A stretch of 62,347 nucleotides of DNA, the filler included. It is 12 parts of 12 records of this genome, joined end to end, with 100 filler letters (N's around TTAATTAATTAA, not from the genome) between each part and the next. Parts side by side here need not be neighbours in the genome. Positions count along the whole stretch, not along the records: positions 1 to 9,330 come from SRR7504441_20569; positions 9,431 to 13,099 come from SRR7504441_20654; 10 more parts are not named here. One strand, given 5' to 3'. The stretch's first letter is position 1. Every line of letters starts with the position of its first letter. Both the position numbers and the translations under genes were made by a program. Below the pieces are notes generated by a model. The model ran no database searches. It was not told where the DNA came from and saw nothing but the letters and a program-made list of their open reading frames with translations. Below, in pieces: positions 1 to 9,988 of this stretch.

Positions 1-1518
1 CCCGCAGGATGCAGGCACAGCCGCCCAGGTGGCGCCGGCCGAGCAGGGCGGCAGAACGGCTGGAAGATGATCAACGAAGTCTGTCCGATCTCCCACTGCC
101 CGCTGATCGAGAAGGCCGGCGTCAAGTACAGCGGCAGGATGGGGATGGAAGTGCCCCGCACCCCCGGGGCGCGTGGGTCACCGATGACGGGGCAGGTGCT
201 CAGCACCAGCCAAGCTTCCGAGCGCAACCTGTCGTCCCAGGAGTCCCCGGTCTCCGAGGACGGCTTTGAGTGCATCCCGCCTCCAGGCACCGCCGGCCCG
301 GCAATCGCCTCGACCGACGGTGGGAGCCCGCTGCCGGCTGGGGTTGAACCGTGTGCAGAGCAAAGCGCCAAGATGGGCGAGCTGCTGCTCAAGGGCTGGC
401 GGATGATGGAGGAGTGCTGCCCTCACGCCGGCTCGCCCCTGATGCAGGACCCCGCTTCTGGCCGCAAGTTTTCCGTCGGAACAGGCGTCGGCCCTGCCAA
501 CAGGGCCAGCTGAGGGCAGCTGCAGGCACATTCGTCGATGAGACTCCGCCCCCCGTGGTTGTCGAGCCGGCTCCAGTCGCGCCGAGCCCAGCTGTGCCCA
601 GGCGCGCGTCAGGGCTTCCAGGGGCTGATCTGGGCGCAGCGTGGTGGAATCTGTGGGTGGGTGCGCCTCGGAGGCTAGTCGGGAGCAGCAGAGCACCAAG
701 ATGGGCGAGTTGCTGCTGCAGGGCTGGACCATGCTCGAGGAAATCTGCCCAGTCACCCAGGCCGTCCCGCTCATGCGTGATTCCGCAGGCCGGAAGGCAC
801 CAGGCTGCTATATTACGGACTCACGGCTGGGGGCAGTTTTCCGTGGCCACCAACAGCTACATTGACGACATGGCCGCCAGCCAATTTGCTGACGTCCCGG
901 AGCCGGCCGGGCCGGACCCCCTGGACGCGCTGATCGAGGAGGAGCTCTCTGTGTCCGAGCGGTGTGCAGCCGGGATGGCGGCCTCGAGCGGCGGCACAGG
1001 TACGAACAAGCCCGCCAGGAGCTGATAGAGCGGACGGCCGAGCGATCGCTGGTGGCCGAGCCTGCGCCGCTGGAGAGCGAACAGTCGGAGGGGATCTCGG
1101 ACGCGGCTATGAGCCAGGATATGAGCCAGCGGCTGCTGCAGGCAGGCCCGGGTTAGGCAGGCGGCTGATTGCGGGGCAGGGCTGGGCGCTGCTGGACGAG
1201 CCGTGCCCCGAGACCGGCCGGGCGGACCTGCTGCAGGACCCGGAAGGTCGCAAGTACTCGGTGGCCACTGGGTCCTACCTGGGCGAGCCGGCATGCGAGC
1301 CGGCATCGTCCACAGCGGTGGTGCCGCAGATGGGAGTGGCCCCACAGCAGGCTTGCAAATGGCCCGTGCTCAAGAAGGAGGCGGTGGAGGCCGTTGCCAG
1401 TAAGATGGCGTGTGCTGTAGACCAGCTGCCCAAGGCCGAGGGTCTGAAGGACGCCAAAGAGATGGTTGAACTGATCGAAGCGTGCGCGAGGGCAATGGAC
1501 ACCATGACAAACCTGTGA
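1..1518 (+). CDS. Protein with >=4 tandem SSSCA1/ZNRD2 (Auto_anti-p27)-like repeats; 5' truncated; 7 short introns
   Basis: Repeated motif S-K-MGELLL-GW-M-EE-CP...PLM-D--GRKFSV. Reading frame restored by introns 15-54 (GC), 151-195 (GT, in-frame), 485-525 (GC), 602-639 (GC), 797-836 (GC), 962-999 (GT), 1142-1179 (GC). Confidence 0.75.
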
Positions 1519-1754
1519 ATCGTCTGGTCTTAAACTAAGCATCTGCGTGTAAGGTGTACGGTGGATTGTGGTAGGGTGTGTCTGATGGCATCCGCTTTAT
1601 CTTGTTACAAGTACGGTACATGTACGTATAGTGAAAGTAAGTGTGACACAACACACGTCAAATATATTTTGTATAGTTGATTTAACAACGCATATCATAG
1701 AGAGGTAACGACCTGTACTGTATCGCGTATGTATATAATTATCACCGGCCGATC

Positions 1755-2546
1755 TCAATATTGCAACTCAATGTTCTTGGGACCAGAGTATGAGTCCGAC
1801 TGGATGAGTATGTACCCTCTGCTCGATGGCGCACAGCTCGCGTCGCGCGGCTTGTCCGTCGTGTCCATCCCTTCAAACAGCAGACTCGCCGGAATCCACA
1901 CCGGCTGCCAAGTCTTGACCGCCACATCATACACTAGGAAAGAGTCGGTTGCTCGATGATACGCGGCCAGCGGGCTCATGTGCCCCGCGAAGTGCGACTC
2001 GTACCCGACCAGCCGGCGCTCGAAGTTGACGATCACCCCGCCGCCGGCCTCGAGTGTCCGCACCGCCTCTAGTCTGAACTGATCCAGCTGGCATCGGTCG
2101 GCCTTGCGCACAATCACCCTGCCATGATGCCGCTTGGCGAGAGTACCAATCTCGTCGATCGTGCTCGAGAAGTACCGGCCGAAGGCGCAGCGCGGGTTGA
2201 TCAGGCGGCGCAGCTCCTCCTGCAGCTGGTGGGCCGAGTGTTGCTCGCCCCGGCCGGTCGCTTGGGCGTTGAGCAGGATGGCCAGCGAGGTCAGCCCGCA
2301 CTGCAGTGGCCCTTGGCCCACAAAGGCTCGCGTCAGGTTCTCGAAGTTAGCCAGGCCCTCGCTCTGGCACAGCTGCGAAAACCCTGTCTGGGAGAGCAGA
2401 GGCTGGAGGGTGGGCGGGTGCGGGCGATGCTGGGCGACCGCCAGGGCCTCCGAAGACTGCAGCGCGGCCAGCAGCTGGTCGTGGCGGCTGGATGGGACCG
2501 ACGGCCGGGCTGGGCTGGTCGGGCGGACGGGGGCGTGCACTGCCAT
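1755..2546 (-). CDS. Phytochelatin synthase-like (papain-fold, C83) catalytic domain only
   Basis: Motifs Q-x4-CGLTSLAILLNA, VIVNFER, GHMSPLAAYH, FLVYDVA, PVWIP and SRGYILI; Cys-His-Asp triad present; intronless. Confidence 0.85.
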   Translation of the reverse strand: MAVHAPVRPTSPARPSVPSSRHDQLLAALQSSEALAVAQHRPHPPTLQPLLSQTGFSQLCQSEGLANFENLTRAFVGQGPLQCGLTSLAILLNAQATGRGEQHSAHQLQEELRRLINPRCAFGRYFSSTIDEIGTLAKRHHGRVIVRKADRCQLDQFRLEAVRTLEAGGGVIVNFERRLVGYESHFAGHMSPLAAYHRATDSFLVYDVAVKTWQPVWIPASLLFEGMDTTDKPRDASCAPSSRGYILIQSDSYSGPKNIELQY

Positions 2547-2669
2547 GTTGCACCGAGCAGTTTGAGCTCCGAACCTGGACCCGTCCGCCGACGCGGCATC
2601 TGTTGCGCGCCAGTAACGGAAGCGCAGCGCGGGATCATCTCGGCGCCTGTGGGCAGGAGCTCAGCTAGC

Positions 2670-4184
2670 ATGGCTGCAGAGCCGGTTTACGTCGAGTACA
2701 TACCGGGCGAGGGGCCGGTGGTGATCAGCGCCCCGCACGGCGGCTACTTGTGCCCGGAGGAGATCCCCAAGCACAGCGGCTGCACCGAGCACGACACCAA
2801 TTCGCAGGAGCTCGCCCGAGCCATCAGCGATCAGCTCGGCCAACGGATGCCTCGCCCGCACCTGGTGGTCTGCAAGATCAGCCGGGAGAAGGTGGACGTC
2901 AACCGCTCGCTAGCCACCTGCTGCGACGGGCACCCAGCCGCCGAGCGGGTGTACCGACAGTACCACCAGAGCATCCAGCAGGCGCTGGAGGCCGCCAAGC
3001 GCCGCTGGGGGTTCGCGCACCTGTTCGACATTCACGGCCAGTCGCACCGCCGAGCGGTCGAGCTGGGCTATTGCCTGACTGCGGCCGAGCTCTGCTGCTG
3101 CGATAGCGAGCTGGATGAGTGCTCGGCTGCATGCTGCAAGTCTTCACTGCAGGGCCTCTTTGGGCGGGTCCCGGACACTCAGGATAGGCCGTCCCTGTCG
3201 GCAATGATGCGGGGCCCGAGCAGCCTGGGCGGGATTCTGGAGGCGAATGGCGTTGCGGCTGTACCGTCCACCAGTGAGCCTTGTCCCGATGGGCTCTACT
3301 TTAATGGTGCGTACACCACCACATACTACGGCCGAGTGGCGGGCGACTGCGCGGTCAGCGCGACTCAGGTGGAGCCACACATGATCTACAGGCAAGACCA
3401 CCAGGCGATCCAAAGCTTTGCGGCCGCGTTCGCCACGGCAGCGCACAGCTTTGTGGACCAGTTTCTCATGTCTAGTGCAACCACTCTCAAGGAGCAACCA
3501 CTCTCGAAGGAGCGAGTCGAGCAAGTGTTGACCTACTGGTACGGCCCGTTGTCGGATTGGGACCGGCAGCCAGAGGCTAGTCTGGCCCGCCACCAGTTCT
3601 GGTGGCAGGGAGGCCCCGATATGGATGCCCACATCGCTTCAGAGTACGGAGCTTTACATACGGCGGTCGTGGCTTGCCCGGATCCAGTGGTGAAAGCCGG
3701 CCAAAGCCGACGGGAGCTGGCCGAGCAAGCGTTGGCTCGGGTTATAATTATCTCACAGTTTACTCGGCACATCCATCGGGGAGCTTGGTCAAAAGAGATC
3801 TCGCAGCGTCGACTGGCGCACAGCGACGCCCGCGCCTTTGAGAACGACGACAAGGCCCGGAAGGTCGCCAGGTGGATGCTCGCCGAAGGCCTGGACAAGG
3901 AGCTGGCTCACTATGAGAAGACGTTCTTGAACTTGGTGTTCATCCAAAGCGAGGACATGGCAGACCAGCAGCATGCAGTGCAATATGTTACAGAGATGAA
4001 TGAGCTCGCAATCCGCTCGGGTCGGCGGGCTAGCGGCGCAGACGGTGGCGTCTCGTGGTGCCAGGAACGGAGAGAGACGATCCGGCGATTTGGGCGGCTG
4101 CCGTTCCGCAATGCGGCCCTGGGGAGGGAGTCGACGCCTGAAGAAGTGGCGTTTCTGCAAGGGTGGCGCCGCGGGATGGCGTAG
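2670..4184 (+). CDS. N-formylglutamate amidohydrolase-like domain fused to DUF924
   Basis: N-terminal ISAPHGG, SREKVDVNR and LFDIHGQSH. C-terminal VLTYWYG...WW.GG and RFGRLPFRNAALGRESTPEE. ATG 2670 chosen over the longer ORF-track start, which overlaps the neighbouring gene. Confidence 0.75.
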   Translation: MAAEPVYVEYIPGEGPVVISAPHGGYLCPEEIPKHSGCTEHDTNSQELARAISDQLGQRMPRPHLVVCKISREKVDVNRSLATCCDGHPAAERVYRQYHQSIQQALEAAKRRWGFAHLFDIHGQSHRRAVELGYCLTAAELCCCDSELDECSAACCKSSLQGLFGRVPDTQDRPSLSAMMRGPSSLGGILEANGVAAVPSTSEPCPDGLYFNGAYTTTYYGRVAGDCAVSATQVEPHMIYRQDHQAIQSFAAAFATAAHSFVDQFLMSSATTLKEQPLSKERVEQVLTYWYGPLSDWDRQPEASLARHQFWWQGGPDMDAHIASEYGALHTAVVACPDPVVKAGQSRRELAEQALARVIIISQFTRHIHRGAWSKEISQRRLAHSDARAFENDDKARKVARWMLAEGLDKELAHYEKTFLNLVFIQSEDMADQQHAVQYVTEMNELAIRSGRRASGADGGVSWCQERRETIRRFGRLPFRNAALGRESTPEEVAFLQGWRRGMA

Positions 4185-4626
4185 TACGACTACTCGTACA
4201 CTGTAAATAGCGAACGATGAATGTGATTAAGTCCTTCCATACCCCGAATAAATTGTTTAAATCCCCCCAGTGGCCGGTGTGCGAGGCCGGATGGTGTTCC
4301 CGGACGTACGAGTATATGAACATTCGGCCATCGTACGGCCATCGGTGCTACCCTATAGCTAGCTTGTGTTTACGATTGACCCATGGAATGACCCTAGGCC
4401 TAGGTTGCATGTTGCAAGCTGCAGAGGTACTACATAGGGACACGCGACGAAAGGAGCAGAGACGTCTATAATGGCACGTTTCTTTACTTTTTGTGCCAAA
4501 CACCGAGAGCAGAACAATCCTGATCACTCCCTGATCACCAGCAAGCAATTACGAGTACTTGAAGCTCGTCACACTTGGTACAATGTACTCGTACTCGCAA
4601 GTATGGCTGAAGTGGGTTCCAGACGC

Positions 4627-5541
4627 TTACTGAGCAGCCCAGGGGCTGCATGGTGGAAGCTCCGGAGTGATTAAGTGCGGAGCTCGCTGTGGCTGTGAGT
4701 TGCTCGCATACCACTCCCACTGTGCCTGCCTGCTCTGACTCATCCGCACGCCGTACCTCTCACCGGCTTGCCGTGACATGGACCCAAGCTGCCGGATCGG
4801 TCCGGGCAGCACATTGGTGCCCAGTCCGGAGCTCACAGGAGGCACCTCGCGGGGGACCATCGCCCTCTTGAGCATTGTCTGAGCCTGGCGTGGCCGGCCA
4901 TGCTTCCCGAGCACATGCTCGGCCTCGAACCTGGTCGGCTGCACGCTCGCACTCCGCTGGGCGAGCATGGGCTGCGGCGTGCTCATGAAACGCTGCTGCA
5001 GCTTCCGCTCGGCCTGCCGCCGGGGCGCCACGTTGCCAACCCCGCGTGGCCCGATCGCCCTGGGGGGCCCCCGGGAGGCCAGTCGCGGGAACACGGGGCC
5101 CTTCAGCTCGGTCTGGACCGCCCGGCTTCTGAACTGGTCGAGCAGCTGAATCAACGCCGAGTGCGAGTCCCGGAGTGCCCCGGTGCAGCTCACAGCGTCC
5201 TCGATCAGCGCCCCCATCGGGGCGGTTGCTACGTCCTCGTTGCAGGTGACACACACCCCGGCCACCGCCAGTAGCACCTGCGGGGCCACAGACCGGCACT
5301 GATTGACCAGCGAGGCCGAGCAGTCCGTAAATCCTATCAGGGCCTGCCGCGTGGCCGCCCGCTCCCCAACCAGCGCCTTGCGCAGCTCGGCCAGCGCGGC
5401 CGCCGCGGCCGAGAACGGGTCGGCGCTCTCGTCCACGGCCGGCGGCGGGGCGTCGGGCGCCACCATGGCGGCCAGCGCGGCAATCTCGGCCGCCAGCCGC
5501 GAGAGCCCGTCTGGCTGGTCCCCCGCCGGGGGCTCGGCCAT
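4627..5541 (-). CDS. Hypothetical protein (helical N-terminus, low-complexity C-terminus)
   Basis: Open frame from ATG 5541 (MAEPPAGDQ...) with coding-like composition; no recognised motif; ends uncertain. Confidence 0.45.
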   Translation of the reverse strand: MAEPPAGDQPDGLSRLAAEIAALAAMVAPDAPPPAVDESADPFSAAAAALAELRKALVGERAATRQALIGFTDCSASLVNQCRSVAPQVLLAVAGVCVTCNEDVATAPMGALIEDAVSCTGALRDSHSALIQLLDQFRSRAVQTELKGPVFPRLASRGPPRAIGPRGVGNVAPRRQAERKLQQRFMSTPQPMLAQRSASVQPTRFEAEHVLGKHGRPRQAQTMLKRAMVPREVPPVSSGLGTNVLPGPIRQLGSMSRQAGERYGVRMSQSRQAQWEWYASNSQPQRAPHLITPELPPCSPWAAQ

Positions 5542-5662
5542 CACACAAAGCGTGGTGCCTCCTGCCTTGTCGACGACTGGAATAGTCTGCCCTGTGACTG
5601 TTCCGTTATAATAACGACCTCGTGGGAGACAAGGCGGGGAGGCAAGGCGGGGGGGTAGGGGG

Positions 5663-6957
5663 CTGGAGGCGGTGCATCGGTCGCTGGTGGCGGGGGCGGC
5701 GGCGCTGCTGCCGCCCGGGCTGGTGGCGGAGGTGTTTGCCAAGCCGCGCGAGGCGGTCCGGCCCCACCCGAACGCCGGGCTGGGAGACTGGCAGTGCCAC
5801 GCGCCGGTGGTGCTCCAGAAGCGGCTGCCCGCCGAGCTGCGCGAGCGCTACCCGACCGGCGAGCGGCTGGCCGAGGCGATCCTGGACGAGGCGGCGGGGC
5901 TCGGTCCGCTGGTGGCCCACGCGGCGGTGCAGCCGGACGGAGGGCTGATCCTGACCTCCACTGGGTACGCCGAGGCCCAGCGGGGGCAAGGCCAGCTGCA
6001 GTGCGGCCGTTGTGGCCGGTTCTGCAGCGGGTTCAAGGGACTGCGGCACCACCAGCAGATCAAGCACGGCGAGAGCTACGAGGAAGCGATCAAGCAAGCG
6101 GACAAGACCAGGATGCAGATCGTGCCGTTCGTACCGTCCGGGCCCGAGGCGGCGCTGGCCAAACCAGTGGGCGGGCGGGCGGCTCCAGCGGAACTTCCGG
6201 TAATCGAGGCAGCCAAGAGGGGGGACTGGATTGAAATCGAGCGGCTGTGTGCCGAGGAGGGGCACTCGTTAGAGCAGAGAGACAGGCATGGCTCAACAGC
6301 GCTGCTCTGGGCTGCTGGGGCCGGCCACCTGGAGCTGTGCAGACGGCTTGTGGCGGCCGGGCTATCTGGGACCAGCCCGCAGAAGGACGGGCGGCAGCCG
6401 CTGCACTGGGCATGTCGGAATGGCCAGCTAGAGGTATAAAGGCAGGCGGCGCTTTGGCTGAGGGGCGGCAGGTGTGCAAGTGGCTAGTGGAGGAATGCGG
6501 GGCTGACCCGGACGCGGCGACCAAAGACGGGACCACTGGGTTCCACTGGGCGGTGTGGCAGGGCCAGATGGCCGTGTGCAAGTGGCTGATAGAAGCTGGA
6601 GCTGACTGGCGGTCGCTGAACAAGTTTGGCTGCAACGCGATCCAGTGGGCGGCCCAGACCTCCCGACTGGACATGTGCCGGTTCCTGGTCCACAACGGAC
6701 TGGACCCGGGGCTGCTGAATTATAACGGCCACTCTGCGCTGCACAAGGTGCCTTGTAGGGGGCGAGAGCGTGACTGGGAGGGTCAGGCTGCTGTCAAAGG
6801 GCAGCGCAAGGTGTGTGCGTGGCTAGTGCACGAAGTGGGGCTTGGGCAGCGGCAGATGCAGCCAGACCAGGACGGCAACACACCGTCTGAGATGGCCAGG
6901 CTTGAGGGCTACCAAGAGTTGGCTGAGTGGCTGCGCGAGCTCGAGGACGCCGGCTGA
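5663..6957 (+). CDS. Ankyrin-repeat protein with N-terminal ArgRS-N-like segment and C2H2 finger; start codon unresolved
   Basis: GDWQCHAP motif, CGRCGRFCSGFKGLRHHQQIKH finger and ankyrins (GSTALLWAA, GRQPLHWAC, GTTGFHWAV, GHSALHKAA). Introns 6434-6471 and 6748-6786. No ATG before 6113. Confidence 0.75.
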
Positions 6958-7172
6958 TCAATAGCTACATGTATGGATTATTAAAAATCTTGGTTGAGAG
7001 ATTAAACCCGCACTTACAAACCGGTTCATTTGGTATTCATTTGGCTACAACTAACTGGCATTATTTATTTAAATAATGCGGTGTGCACAGCCTGACCCTC
7101 CAATCATATCCTACCTGTACAGTCGTAGTCACGCTCCGCGCCCCTTGGATACCTTGGAAGGCTTGTGACGTT

Positions 7173-8495
7173 ATGCCGCTCATCCGGGGCCAGGACTCAG
7201 CCGGCCGGCCGCTCGAGTTCACAGTAGAGCTGCCTCCGGGCGCGACCGGGCTGGACCTTAAGGCTGCCATCGCAGGCCGCCCCGGTTTCTCCGCGGACAA
7301 GCTCCGGCTGATCCGTGCCGGGGTGATAGCCGACGAGCAGCAGGTCGACCTGGCCGACCCCCGACCGATCGTCTGCATCGTCAGGCGCCCAGCCCTCCCC
7401 AGCACGCCGGCCCCGGCCGTGTCGACGGGCAGCGCTCGGCCGAATCCTGCGATGGCCTGCCTGCCGACACAAGGTCGCGAGCCGCCGGATATTGACTGGG
7501 ACAGCCACAGAGTCCAGCTGGCGCTGCCCTTTGACCAGCTGCCGGAGCGGCTCTTCGGGCTGTTACCTGCACACCATGGCCGGCAGACGGGATTGCCGGT
7601 GGTGTCGGTTATCTTCGGGGCCGGTGGGCTCGGGTCTTATCGCCTGGGGGCGCTGGTGTGCAAAGCGGCCGGAGAAGCGGTGAGAATGGCCCGCCGGCAC
7701 ATCAACCGGCAGTTGGGCACAGCAGGTTGGGCACAGCGGCTGTCATACACCGGTGGGCTGCGCTGGCCAGCCCGGGCTGATGTGGTTTGGTTGTCAGAGC
7801 TGAAGAGGACGTTGCAGCAGGAACTTGCCGACAGGCAGGAGCAATGTGACACGGTCGAGGTCCTGGATCACCTCTTGTTCGCGCAACATCGCGGCGTCGA
7901 AGCAGTGCGTCAGAACGCGCTGGTCTGTGCTGCTGTCTCGGGCAATTGTGCAGCCGTGCAGAGTCTGCTGGAGGCTCAAGTGTGCTCTCTCGACTCCCAA
8001 GCAAGTATATTTGTCGATCGCCACGTGCTCAGTGCCGACCGAGTCATGTCCCCGCTAGAGGCAGCCTTGTCGTCACGGCACCCGGAGGCATGTGCGAGGC
8101 TGCTGCTGCAAGCGCAGGCTGACGTCAACCTGTTCACAAATGGCGAATTATGGCGTGGAAAGGGTTTCAGCCCTCTGCATCTTGCGGCAAGTCGCAACGA
8201 CCCGTCCCTTGTGCGGCTCCTCATCAGCCACGGCGCTTCAATCGAGGCGTCCACCAGCAACGGCACCACTCCGCTGATGACTGCAGCCTCCAGTGTCCCG
8301 AGCGCCTTCAGCTCACAGGAGAATGCTCGTGAGAAGATGACAGCCTTCGATCATGAGAGAGGATTTCACCATCTGCCATTTTCAGAGACCATGCAAGTGT
8401 TGATCGATGCCAAAGCTGATGTGAGTCAGAATGCCACTGTTAGAATACGAGCATTGGTTGAGTCTCGTTTTAATTGGTCGGGGGTCCGCAGGTAA
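7173..8495 (+). CDS. Ubiquitin-like domain plus ankyrin-repeat protein
   Basis: N-terminal TGLDLKAAIA...KLRLIRAG (UBL-like); C-terminal GFSPLHLAA, GTTPLMTAA and ADVN ankyrin motifs. Confidence 0.75.
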   Translation: MPLIRGQDSAGRPLEFTVELPPGATGLDLKAAIAGRPGFSADKLRLIRAGVIADEQQVDLADPRPIVCIVRRPALPSTPAPAVSTGSARPNPAMACLPTQGREPPDIDWDSHRVQLALPFDQLPERLFGLLPAHHGRQTGLPVVSVIFGAGGLGSYRLGALVCKAAGEAVRMARRHINRQLGTAGWAQRLSYTGGLRWPARADVVWLSELKRTLQQELADRQEQCDTVEVLDHLLFAQHRGVEAVRQNALVCAAVSGNCAAVQSLLEAQVCSLDSQASIFVDRHVLSADRVMSPLEAALSSRHPEACARLLLQAQADVNLFTNGELWRGKGFSPLHLAASRNDPSLVRLLISHGASIEASTSNGTTPLMTAASSVPSAFSSQENAREKMTAFDHERGFHHLPFSETMQVLIDAKADVSQNATVRIRALVESRFNWSGVRR

Positions 8496-9330
8496 ATGCA
8501 TTGGACGAGCAAGGCCATGACATCTGTGTCATGCTGGCAAATTACCAAATTGTCCAGGCGCCACGACCGAGATAAGGCATGCACGCAACACGCCAGGATA
8601 TTCCGCATGCGATCGCAGGCGATCGGAAGGAGGCCCGCGCTTGTTTGCCGATTGGTCAGTGCATTAATTGCAAGAGACGTGTATCGGCACTAGGCGCTCT
8701 TTGAGAATAATCTTTGAGTCAATTTTTTTTGATAGTATTTAAACTGGTTACGTAGTTAAAAACATGAGATCTTTACCCCGCACAACGTCCCAAGTTCTAG
8801 ATGACATCGTACTGGTATAGTACCGGTAGATCTACGAGTTTGATTTAGAATCCCTTCTGAATCCCTTCCCTATAACATCGTACGTGATTGTGCTCGATTC
8901 CATTCCGCGTGACCCGCAAATTGTTCACGTCGCAGTCGACCAGCGCACGCTTCTCCTCCCAATACGGCATGTTTACAAGCTCCACATCAAACCAGCCCTC
9001 ATGACCCTTGCACGTCATCTGAAAGGTCGCTCTAACGACGTTATCTCCTTTCCATTCCTCCAGCAACGGTTACCACAGAATCCACTACCAGTTTCTCGTA
9101 CTGTGCCCCTGCGCAGCCCTGCTCAGCCGTTCTCATTCAGCACTCCAAGATGAGAGCGACCGTGTGCATTGCTAAAGCGTTACAAAATAGGTACCGGACA
9201 GACTCAGAGCTGGTTGGTTTCTTGTAGGAGTGTCAAATAGGTAATTGTTGCAAAACACGACATCCACTTGTCGCAAAAGAGCATCAAGGTCATGATCGTT
9301 GCGATAGCTGGGCCACCACTATTTGGTATA

Positions 9331-9430
9331 NNNNNNNNNNNNNNNNNNNNNNNNNNNNNNNNNNNNNNNNNNNNTTAATTAATTAANNNNNNNNNNNNNN
9401 NNNNNNNNNNNNNNNNNNNNNNNNNNNNNN
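9331..9430. other. Artificial contig spacer (N-TTAATTAATTAA-N); also at 13100-13199, 18125-18224, 24214-24313, 30158-30257, 33316-33415, 38195-38294, 44980-45079, 48762-48861, 53591-53690, 57895-57994
   Basis: Identical 100-nt N-padded blocks carrying stops in all six frames; genes are truncated at them. Confidence 0.97.
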
Positions 9431-9741
9431 GGCTCTGCCAGCTCGGAGGAGAGTGCCTCCGCCGCGGGGGCCTCCGCCGGCCGCTTCACCCCGCCTTCTC
9501 CGGGCTGCTCCCGCACCACTGCCGCCACCGGGGCTGACGGCTCGGAAGGGGCGGTGTGCGCGTCGGCTCTGGCGGGGGACCGCTGGCCGCGCGGGCAATC
9601 CTCCATCGAGGCCCATTCCATCCGGAAGCCGCTGCTCTGCTGGGCCTGCTCCCCGGCGTTGAGCGTGAGCAGGTTGCGGATCATGAATCCGGAGTCTTGC
9701 GCCTCGGCGGCCGCCTCGGCGGGCGCTGCGGCGGGCTGCAT
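9431..9741 (-). CDS. Hypothetical protein, 3' truncated by contig end
   Basis: ATG 9741 (MQPAAAPAEAAAEAQDSGFMIRNLL...) is open to the gap and divergent from the E2 gene. Confidence 0.45.
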
Positions 9742-9988
9742 TCTTATCCGAGGCTTACCCGGGCTCTCCCATGCGGGCAACACGAGCTCCAGGAGGTGCG
9801 GTGCCTCCCCTCTGCGCCACGACGACCTGAAGGATTCCAGGTCAAGGCCTGGCCAATAGATTTTTTTTCCCCAGATTCTTCCGTTACCGTTGGCCCAGGC
9901 GCAGGTACAGGCAGGCGGTACACGATGAATCCAGTACAGCACAGCTCTAGTGCTGCTTACCGCCAAACGCCGGAGCTCTCGACGCAAC

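Noticed and set aside
8845-9066. 73-aa minus-strand ORF as a gene
   Set aside because: It has a TTG start, no recognisable motif and no clear upstream exon; left unannotated.
9331-9430. Recurrent TTAATTAATTAA flanked by Ns as a biological repeat
   Set aside because: It is an artificial six-frame-stop contig linker. The single un-padded occurrence at 12943-12954 is ordinary AT-rich intergenic sequence.
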